Part shown: piece after piece, positions 24,535-31,554 of the stretch | Layout: every line of letters starts with the position of its first letter | How positions within the stretch are numbered: position 1 is the first letter of the stretch | NCBI GenBank assembly: GCA_020200025.1 | Contig: JAIVJN010000050.1 | Coordinates: 1-35,856 of the forward strand | Origin: Acidobacteriota bacterium | GTDB taxonomy: Bacteria; Acidobacteriota; Vicinamibacteria; Vicinamibacterales; UBA2999 | DNA: 35,856 nt | Reading direction: 5' to 3' | The notes under the pieces: generated by a model | The model's input: the letters and a program-made list of their open reading frames with translations, nothing else | What the model was told of the DNA's origin: nothing | Database searches by the model: none | Program-made: the position numbers and the translations under genes

Positions 24535-25467
24535 ATGACTCTCTCCGTCCGCCTCGGCTCACTCGAGCTTCCAAATCCGGTGATCGCTGCCAGCGGCTGC
24601 TTCGGCTACGGCGTCGAGTACGCGCAGGCGGTCGATCTCTCGAGCCTGGGAGGCCTCGCGACGAAGGGGCTCTTCCTGACCGAGCGTCAGGGCCATCCGC
24701 TGCCGCGGATCGTCGAGACCCCGTCAGGGATGATCAATGCCATCGGCTTGCAGGGCATCGGCGTCCATCGCTTCATCCAGGAGAAGCTCCCCGAGCTCCA
24801 CGCGCGCGGCGCTCGCGTTTTTGTCAATATCTGCGGCACGACGCTCGACGAGTATGTCGAGGTCGCCAAAGCGCTGTCGCAGGCAGAAGGGGTGGCGGCC
24901 CTCGAGCTGAACATCTCGTGCCCGAACATCAAGGAAGGGGGCATCCAGTTCGGTTGTAGCCTCTCGGGCACCCACGACGTGACGCGGGCCGTTCGACAGG
25001 CGACCCACCTGCCGGTGATTCCGAAGCTGACGCCCAACGTCACCGACGTCGCCTCGTTCGCACGCGCCGCCGAGGAGGGCGGGGCCGATGCGGTGTCGCT
25101 GGTCAACACCTTCCTGGCGATGGCACTCGACGTCGAGACCCGCCGCCCGAAGATCGCGAATGTGCTCGGCGGGCTGAGCGGTCCCGCGATCCGGCCGATT
25201 GCGGTCCGCATGGTGTGGGAGTGCTACCAGCTCGTCAAGATTCCGATCATCGGGATGGGCGGCATCATGGAGGCGCGCGACGCGCTCGAGTTCATCATCG
25301 CCGGCGCGACCGCCGTTCAAGTCGGCACCGCAAACTTCGTCGATCCGTTCATTTGGCCCAAGCTCCTCGACGGCATCGCCGACTACATGCGCCGCCACGC
25401 CGTCACGCGTCTCTCGGACCTGGTCGGTCGGGTCGATCTGACGCCGCGCGCCGAGGTGCACGCGTGA
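24535..25467 (+). CDS. pyrD: Dihydroorotate dehydrogenase catalytic subunit (class 1B PyrD)
   Basis: The sequence is NPVIAASGCFGYG ... ALELNISCPN ... PKLTPNVTD ... GGLSGPAIRP ... IIGMGGI. Full length, 310 aa. Confidence 0.95.
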   Translation: MTLSVRLGSLELPNPVIAASGCFGYGVEYAQAVDLSSLGGLATKGLFLTERQGHPLPRIVETPSGMINAIGLQGIGVHRFIQEKLPELHARGARVFVNICGTTLDEYVEVAKALSQAEGVAALELNISCPNIKEGGIQFGCSLSGTHDVTRAVRQATHLPVIPKLTPNVTDVASFARAAEEGGADAVSLVNTFLAMALDVETRRPKIANVLGGLSGPAIRPIAVRMVWECYQLVKIPIIGMGGIMEARDALEFIIAGATAVQVGTANFVDPFIWPKLLDGIADYMRRHAVTRLSDLVGRVDLTPRAEVHA

Positions 25468-26168
25468 ACCGGATTCTCGCCGCTCTCGACGTCGACTCCC
25501 GTGCCCGGGCGCTCGACCTGGCGTCGCGGCTCAGAGGCGCCGTCGGCGGGTTCAAGATCGGCAAGCAGCTCTTCACCGCCGAAGGGCCGGCGATCGTTCG
25601 TGAGTTGGTCGAATGCGGCGATCGGGTTTTTCTCGACCTGAAGTTTCACGACATTCCGAACACAGTTGGCGGAGCCGTCCGCGCAGCCGCTAACACCGGC
25701 GCGTGGATGGTCAACGTCCACGCCTCGGGCGGACGCGCGATGATGCGCGCCGCCGCCACAGCCGCGATGCACGCTGCGGAGAGCGCGAGCGTTCGAACGC
25801 TGGTCATCGGCGTGACGGTGCTGACGAGCGTGGACCAAGCGGTCCTCGGCGAGATCGGCGTCGGCGGACCGCTGCTCGACCACGCGGTGCGACTCGCGCG
25901 GCTGGCGCAATCGTCGGGCCTCGACGGTGTCGTCGCCTCGGCGTACGAAGTGCGCGCCATCCGCCAGGCGTGCGGCGACCAATTTCTCACCGTCGTTCCC
26001 GGCATTCGCCCGCGTCTTTCGGGCCAGGATGATCAGGCTCGCACCATGACACCGGCGCAAGCCATCGAGGCGGGCGCAAGCTATCTGGTGATCGGACGCC
26101 CCATCACGGCGGCCGCCGATCCGCGTGCCGCCGCCGAGGCGATCGGCGCCGAGCTGGTCACGGCGTGA
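25464..26168 (+). CDS. pyrF: Orotidine-5'-phosphate decarboxylase
   Basis: The sequence is LDV......A..L........FKIG..LF ... FLDLKFHDIPNTV ... PGIR ... LVIGRPIT. The GTG start overlaps the pyrD stop (GTGA). Confidence 0.93.
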   Translation: MNRILAALDVDSRARALDLASRLRGAVGGFKIGKQLFTAEGPAIVRELVECGDRVFLDLKFHDIPNTVGGAVRAAANTGAWMVNVHASGGRAMMRAAATAAMHAAESASVRTLVIGVTVLTSVDQAVLGEIGVGGPLLDHAVRLARLAQSSGLDGVVASAYEVRAIRQACGDQFLTVVPGIRPRLSGQDDQARTMTPAQAIEAGASYLVIGRPITAAADPRAAAEAIGAELVTA

Positions 26169-26455
26169 CCACCCCAGCCATCGTCATGTTGTACAGCAAG
26201 CCAGGTTGTCATCTGTGTGACGACGTGCGCGAGCGCCTGGAGGCGCTCCGCGCTGAGGGCGGCTTCACGGTCGACGACATCGACATCACGAAGAACCCGG
26301 CGCTCTTCGAGCGCTATCGTTACGAGATCCCCGTCGTGTTCGTCGATGGAGTCGAGATCGGGCGAGGCCGAATCGAGCCGACGCAGCTGAGGGAGCGGCT
26401 GCGCCGGGTGGGCGAAGTGCCAGGGCCGGGGGCGGGGCTCGAGCCTCCCCCCTAG
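26165..26455 (+). CDS. Glutaredoxin-like small thioredoxin-fold protein (DUF836-type)
   Basis: It has a CHLC redox motif in LYSKPGCHLCDD, followed by YEIPVVFVDG. The start overlaps the pyrF stop, and ATG 26186 is an alternative start. Confidence 0.8.
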   Translation: MTTPAIVMLYSKPGCHLCDDVRERLEALRAEGGFTVDDIDITKNPALFERYRYEIPVVFVDGVEIGRGRIEPTQLRERLRRVGEVPGPGAGLEPPP

Positions 26456-26458
26456 GGG

Positions 26459-26914
26459 TCAGGGGTCGAGTACGTAGTGGCGCGGCGTCGGCCTTCGGGT
26501 CGCGTCGGCGGACGCGCCATCGCCTTTCGCGCAGGCTTCGTCGCAGTGCCCCTCCACGCTGATTCGCGTCGAGCTCCACCGCTTGAGCCAGTCAGCGTTC
26601 TTCTGCAACAACGGTCGAGCATCGGCGCGAAGCGTCGACTCGTCGAGGTCGAAGAAGGCGTCGCCCAAGGGGCGCTCGGCATTCAACTGCTCGAGCGTCT
26701 TCTGCGCAAAGAGCTGCTCTTCGGTCGGCGCCGGCGCAGGCGCGGGCGTCGGGGGAGGTGGTGGAGGCGGTGGCGGTGGCGGCGCCGGCGCCGCGGCTGG
26801 TGGTGGCGGTGGTGGCGGCGCAACCGCTGGCGCCTTCTTCGCGCATGCGGCAGCCCCGAGGCTCAACACAAGGCACAGCGACAGGGCCCCTGCCGTCTTT
26901 CCAAGCACACTCAT
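26459..26914 (-). CDS. Pal/OmpA-family lipoprotein with a Pro-rich linker. The OmpA-like domain is incomplete after GHCDE.
   Basis: It has a lipoprotein signal (LSLGAAAC) and a ~35-residue Pro/Ala linker. The sequence then reads FFDLDESTLRADARPLL.KNADWLKRW...RISVEGHCDE. The expected RGT.EYN.ALG.RRA peptidoglycan-binding segment is absent. Confidence 0.75.
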   Translation of the reverse strand: MSVLGKTAGALSLCLVLSLGAAACAKKAPAVAPPPPPPPAAAPAPPPPPPPPPPPTPAPAPAPTEEQLFAQKTLEQLNAERPLGDAFFDLDESTLRADARPLLQKNADWLKRWSSTRISVEGHCDEACAKGDGASADATRRPTPRHYVLDP

Positions 26915-27030
26915 CGTCTTGCTTCTCCCGGGGCGTGCATCGTCACTGCGCGCCAGCGTCGCTCCCGCCCCTCGCTCGCAGTTATCGGCGCGAGCGCGTG
27001 GCAGATTACAGGGGGACTGACACTTTTTGC

Positions 27031-27230
27031 AACAGGTGCGTGACAGGTGCAACGGATGCGACAGGTACTTCGGTGACAGGTGCGACCGGTGGTCAGGTAC
27101 TTAGGTGCTTGTGCGACGGGTGCGACAGGTACGTCGGTGCCTGGGCGACGGGTCCGGGGCTGGGTGCGGCGCGCGCACCTAAGTACCTAAGCACCTAACG
27201 CACCTGTCGCACCCGTTCAACGCACCTGTG
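27031..27230. repeat. Second copy of the GGTRC-word imperfect palindrome with a GCGCGC core
   Basis: The G-rich arm at 27031-27168 carries GGTGCGACA, GGTACTTA and similar words. The core is GGCGCGCGC. The inverted arm spans 27174-27228. 27162-27205 aligns to 614-659 with 3 substitutions and one 2-nt indel. The right end overlaps the last codons and stop of the 27217..29547 gene. Confidence 0.85.
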
Positions 27231-29547
27231 AGAGAGGCCTGAGATCAACATCGAAGACCCGCAACCCCAGTCGGCGACGGTCGGCGACTGCGTTCCGCTC
27301 GGCCGGCACGAACGTCTGGTCGGTCTCGATGGTCACAACGCCTTTCGCCTCCTGCAGCGCATCCACCGGGATCGTGACGCTGATCAGGTGATCCGCGCCG
27401 ATGGTTTCCGAGGTCAGTGTCCGTGAGCCGGCTCGGACCTGGACGGTTGACGCGCCGTCGAAATACCGCCGGGGCGATTCGACACGCATGACGAGCTGCA
27501 GCGGGCTCACTGTACCCGTGACAATGAGGGTGGCGCGGTCGCTCATCCAGTGCCAGAGGCCGACCAGCGGGTTGTATTCCGCCTCGTGCCACCCTTCCGA
27601 GAAGCCCCACACGGGCACGCCAACCGATTGCACATCGAACTGCTCGATGGCCGTCGGGATGACCAGGTCGCCCGCCGTGGCGTTCGATCGGAGTACGAGC
27701 TCGCCCAGTCCCGCTCCAGCCCCGAAGGCTGAGGCCGGCAGATCGAATACGTGCAGAAAGAATCCAGGCGGCGACTCCCATTCGGCCACGATGCGGCCGT
27801 CGATCGTTGCGGCGAAGTGCGCGATGGCAGTGGCGGCCGCCGACAGGTTACGCCCACCGACCAGCATCCGGCCGGCGTCATGACGGCGGCGGACCCACCC
27901 GTGGGCGCCGCCGAGGTGCGGTCCTTTGCCCATGAGACGAGCGATGCCCGCGGTTTCAGGAGTGAGCGACCACCCCTCGCCCGCGAACCAGCCGGGCGCC
28001 GCCATGCGATACCACAGCACATCTCCGGGCCGCATGCCACCGACGCTCGACAAGCTCTCGTAGTCCCAGCGAAACGCCACGTGATCGCGCCGGCTGGCCG
28101 GATCGATCAACGCGAGATCGCTCCGGCGCGGATCGGCCAGAAACCACAGCGGCCTGGTGCGACCCTGACGCCAGTACTCAACCGCCTCCAGCCATTCGCG
28201 CCGCGGCGGCGAGGCAAGCTGTGGATGAACCGGCACATCCTCCGCCTGCAGCGGCCGGCGGAACGTCTGGTGCATTCCCAGGGCGCCCGGTCGACTGTCC
28301 AAGGTGGCAAGACGCATCTCTCCGAGCGCCCGGGCCGTCGGGCTCGGCCGGGCGCCGTACGCGGCCATCACTGGCGCCGCAATCGCCACGGCCCACAGGC
28401 TGAGCGCCCCGGCCGCCGGCAGCACCGCCGCCTCGGCAACGAATGCGACGCCGGATGTCGCCAGAAAGCTCACTGACGGCACGAGGGGAAGGGCGTAGCG
28501 GACGAAGGTCGTGTCCTGAAACAGCAAGTGGAAGACCAAATAGGGAACGCTCGTGATCGCAACGACGGCCAGCGCTCGTCGCTCGCGCAGCAGCAGCCCG
28601 ACGATGCCAACTGCGGCGAGTGAGAGGATGACCCCCCCGAGCACGACCGAGTCCCACGGATAGATGAATGTTCGAAGCAGACCGAACGCCAGCAGTCGCG
28701 GCGTCGGGTTCGAATACAGCATCTCGACGCCTGCGAAATCCTCACCCGCCTGGCTGCCGAGGGCAGCCCAATACGGGCCAATCCCTCCGCTCGCGGCAAT
28801 CAGCGGTACCGCCCACACCGTCGCTCCGATCGCGAACGTCATGGCGCTCCCCAGCATGGCACCGGCGACGCCGCGACCGATGCGATCGAACAGGACCGCG
28901 ATCAGGAGCGGCGCGGTCAACCACGCCGTTTGCGTGCGAAAGCCGAGGGCCACACCCATGAGCAGTGCCCCGAGAACGATCATGCGGCCCGAGGCGGCCG
29001 TCGACTCTCGATCGAGCCTCCGGTCGCCGTCATCCCCTGGGCGCTGCCGCCACCACGCCAGCGCCAGGCACGCCTGCGCCGCGGTTGCAATCGCCAGTCC
29101 CGGCATGTCGCTCATCGGCCGGGCGGCCATGTACCAGAACAGCGGACACGCGGCGGTGAGCGCCGTGGCCGCCAGCGCACGCGGTTGCAGCGTGCTCCAG
29201 GGCTGCTCCGTCCTCCCTTGGCGCGACGGACCCCACGCCGCAAACACGCGGTAGAGCGCGAGTAGCGCCAAGGCTCCGGCCATGAGCGACAGTAGACCCA
29301 GCGTTCGGGCTTCCACACCCGACGCCGGTCGTCCTGCTGCGAACGGCCGCGCCAGCGCGACTGCCACCTTGCCGAGACCGATATATGCGGGATAGCCGGG
29401 CGGATGCGGACGGTGATCCGCGACATCGAAATCGCGGATGCCCAGCGCAAAGTTGACCGAGTCGATGTCTTCGAGCGCCGAAGGCAGATAGGGAAGATGC
29501 GCCAGCGCAAAGACGAACGCTAACGCGGCGACGAAGGGCCGCGTCAC
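27217..29547 (-). CDS. DUF2723 / TMEM260-like GT-C fold membrane glycosyltransferase with a large C-terminal extracytoplasmic domain
   Basis: The N-terminal motif is EDIDSVNFALGIRDFDVADHRPHPPGYPAY. Many hydrophobic helices follow over ~420 aa, then a ~350-aa soluble beta-rich part. The GTG start overlaps the LarE-family stop (GTGA). Confidence 0.8.
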   Translation of the reverse strand: MTRPFVAALAFVFALAHLPYLPSALEDIDSVNFALGIRDFDVADHRPHPPGYPAYIGLGKVAVALARPFAAGRPASGVEARTLGLLSLMAGALALLALYRVFAAWGPSRQGRTEQPWSTLQPRALAATALTAACPLFWYMAARPMSDMPGLAIATAAQACLALAWWRQRPGDDGDRRLDRESTAASGRMIVLGALLMGVALGFRTQTAWLTAPLLIAVLFDRIGRGVAGAMLGSAMTFAIGATVWAVPLIAASGGIGPYWAALGSQAGEDFAGVEMLYSNPTPRLLAFGLLRTFIYPWDSVVLGGVILSLAAVGIVGLLLRERRALAVVAITSVPYLVFHLLFQDTTFVRYALPLVPSVSFLATSGVAFVAEAAVLPAAGALSLWAVAIAAPVMAAYGARPSPTARALGEMRLATLDSRPGALGMHQTFRRPLQAEDVPVHPQLASPPRREWLEAVEYWRQGRTRPLWFLADPRRSDLALIDPASRRDHVAFRWDYESLSSVGGMRPGDVLWYRMAAPGWFAGEGWSLTPETAGIARLMGKGPHLGGAHGWVRRRHDAGRMLVGGRNLSAAATAIAHFAATIDGRIVAEWESPPGFFLHVFDLPASAFGAGAGLGELVLRSNATAGDLVIPTAIEQFDVQSVGVPVWGFSEGWHEAEYNPLVGLWHWMSDRATLIVTGTVSPLQLVMRVESPRRYFDGASTVQVRAGSRTLTSETIGADHLISVTIPVDALQEAKGVVTIETDQTFVPAERNAVADRRRLGLRVFDVDLRPLSQVR

Positions 29548-30443
29548 TGGATGGGTCGGAGAAGGAGCGCCTCGTTGAGACTGCCGAGACGGTAGCCCTG
29601 TAGATCGAGGCTCACGTACCGGTAGCCGATCGCTTTCAGCTCGCGGACGATTTGCGCGCGGACGTCCGGGTCGAGCGCGCGCATCATCTCAGCGGGTCCG
29701 AGCTCGAGGCGCGCAAGGGTGTCGTGGTGGCGCACGCGACACACGCGGAAGCCCAGGTCGAAGAGCACGGCTTCGGCGCGCTCGATCATGCGCAGCTTCT
29801 CGTCCGTCACCTCGCTGCCGTACGGAATGCGCGACGACAGACACGCCGAGGCGGGCTCGTCCCATGTCGGCAGCCCTTGCTGCCGCGACAGCAGCCGAAT
29901 TTCGTCTTTCGTGAGATTGGCGGCGTCGAGCGGGCTCACGACGCCGTGCTCATGTGCGGCCTGCCGCCCTGGACGATAGTCGCCCCGATCGTCGGCGTTG
30001 CTGCCGTCGACGATCGCGGCAATGCCCCGCGCACGAGCGATCGCACCGAGCATCGTGTAGAGCTCCTGCTTGCAAAAGTAGCAGCGGTTCGCGGGATTCG
30101 CGCGATAGTCCGTGCGCTCGAGCTCCGACGTGCGCACGATCTCGTGCTGCAGATCGAAGTCGCGGGCGATGCGTGTCGCGAGCGCGCGGTGGCGCTCCGA
30201 GTAACTGGGGCTGTCGGCCGTGATGGCAACCGCGCGGGAGCCGAGGACGGCTTTGGCGGTGACCGCCAGATATGCGCTGTCGACACCGCCGCTGAAGGCA
30301 ACGATGACCGAGCCCATGTCGGCGAGGAGACGCCGCACGGCCTGCCCCTTGGCGTCAACTCCCTCAGGGAGCTCCCGATGGTTTCCCGAGGCCGCTGGTG
30401 AGGGCTTCTCCGACCCCGTGTAAAGCGAATTCGCGGCCGTCAT
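29544..30443 (-). CDS. larE: LarE-family PP-loop ATP pyrophosphatase (TIGR00268-type, putative sulfur transferase)
   Basis: The PP-loop is VAFSGGVDSAY. The sequence continues NRCYFCKQELY, DGSNADD..DYRPG and ASACLSSRIPYG, which gives three conserved Cys. Confidence 0.85.
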   Translation of the reverse strand: MTAANSLYTGSEKPSPAASGNHRELPEGVDAKGQAVRRLLADMGSVIVAFSGGVDSAYLAVTAKAVLGSRAVAITADSPSYSERHRALATRIARDFDLQHEIVRTSELERTDYRANPANRCYFCKQELYTMLGAIARARGIAAIVDGSNADDRGDYRPGRQAAHEHGVVSPLDAANLTKDEIRLLSRQQGLPTWDEPASACLSSRIPYGSEVTDEKLRMIERAEAVLFDLGFRVCRVRHHDTLARLELGPAEMMRALDPDVRAQIVRELKAIGYRYVSLDLQGYRLGSLNEALLLRPIQ

Positions 30444-30452
30444 CGCGAACCG

Positions 30453-30701
30453 CTACTCCTCGGTGCTGTCTTCGTCGCTGCCGTCTTCCTCGATCTCTGC
30501 CGCGTCCTCATCGCCCTCTTTTTCGTCGTCGTCGAAGTCGTCATCCTCGTCGTCGTCATCGGCGGTTTCGAGCTCGACGGGCGAATCGCTGGCGACGCGC
30601 AGCAGGGCGCCACACTCCGAACATGACAGCTCGTCGCCGATGTCGACGTCTACTTCGTCGATATCGATGTCGGAATCACACTCGGGACACATCACCGCCA
30701 T
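30453..30701 (-). CDS. LysW-like 4-Cys zinc-ribbon protein with a long poly-acidic C-terminal tail (83 aa)
   Basis: AGGAG lies 8 nt upstream of ATG 30701. The ribbon is CPEC-x18-CSEC and is followed by LLRVASDSPVELE, as in LysW. About two thirds of the 37-residue tail is D/E, and it ends STEE. Confidence 0.75.
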   Translation of the reverse strand: MAVMCPECDSDIDIDEVDVDIGDELSCSECGALLRVASDSPVELETADDDDEDDDFDDDEKEGDEDAAEIEEDGSDEDSTEE

Positions 30702-30790
30702 GTACGCGCTCCTCGAAGCGAAGGATGTTCGGAGTATAACGAGAAGCTGATACATTCTGCAACGAATGGCCGGGCTGGCGGTGCGGTCTC

Positions 30791-31504
30791 ATGACGTCAA
30801 CGACACCCTCATCCAAGACGGTTCTCATCGCCGACGACACGGCGTTTGTTCGCGACCGCTTCAAGGTGGCGCTCGAAGGCGCCGGGCACCGGACCGTGAC
30901 CGTGGCGAGCGCGGCAGAGTTGCTGGCGCGCGTTCGCGCCGATCTCGAAACGCTGGATCTCCTGGTCATCGACTTGCGCCTGCCTCGCACGACCGGCGTG
31001 GACGTGATTCGCAGCATCCGCAAGATGGACGACGGCCGGCTGCCGATTCTGGTCTTCAGTGGCACGGTAAGCAGCGCGCAGGAGGTCCGCGAGCTGGAGG
31101 CGCTCGGGGTCGCCGGCTACGTGAACGAATACAGTGCCGTGCAACACATTTTTCCGTCGCTGGCGCCACACCTCTTCCCAGAGGATTTCAACCGGCGGGA
31201 AGGACCGCGCGTCGTCTTGAGCATCCCCATCGCCTACCGTTTCGGCAACACCATTGCCGCCGCGCTGACGCTCAACCTGAGCCGCGGCGGGCTGGCGATT
31301 CGGACGACGAGCGCCCTCGAGAAGGGGGCCTTGCTACGCCTGCGCTTTCGCCTTCCTGGCTCGAAGCGTGACATCGACGCCGAGGCGATGGTGTGCTGGA
31401 GCGATCAGCGGACCGGCATGGGATTGCAATTCCAGAAGGTCGAGGCGAACGATCAAACGTCGATCGACGATTTCGTCGACAGCCATTTCTTCCAGCCGCG
31501 CTAG
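30791..31504 (+). CDS. Response-regulator receiver domain fused to a PilZ (c-di-GMP-binding) domain
   Basis: The REC part reads VLIADD ... LLVIDLRLP ... PILVFSG. The PilZ motifs are RREGPR (RRxxxR) and NLSRGG (D/NxSxxG). Confidence 0.88.
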   Translation: MTSTTPSSKTVLIADDTAFVRDRFKVALEGAGHRTVTVASAAELLARVRADLETLDLLVIDLRLPRTTGVDVIRSIRKMDDGRLPILVFSGTVSSAQEVRELEALGVAGYVNEYSAVQHIFPSLAPHLFPEDFNRREGPRVVLSIPIAYRFGNTIAAALTLNLSRGGLAIRTTSALEKGALLRLRFRLPGSKRDIDAEAMVCWSDQRTGMGLQFQKVEANDQTSIDDFVDSHFFQPR

Positions 31505-31554
31505 TGTCGGTCGGCGCGCCCACGATCCAGAAGGCCTGCTCCCATTGCGCGCGC

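Noticed and set aside
26723-26833. GGN/GCC-rich simple repeat as an independent repeat element
   Set aside because: It is the coding sequence of the Pro/Ala linker of the Pal-like lipoprotein (minus strand), a common feature of such lipoproteins.
26915-27052. Longer N-terminal extension of the Pal-like ORF (start at 27052)
   Set aside because: The extension is Cys/Arg-rich and reaches into the GGTRC repeat region. The lipoprotein signal peptide begins at ATG 26914.
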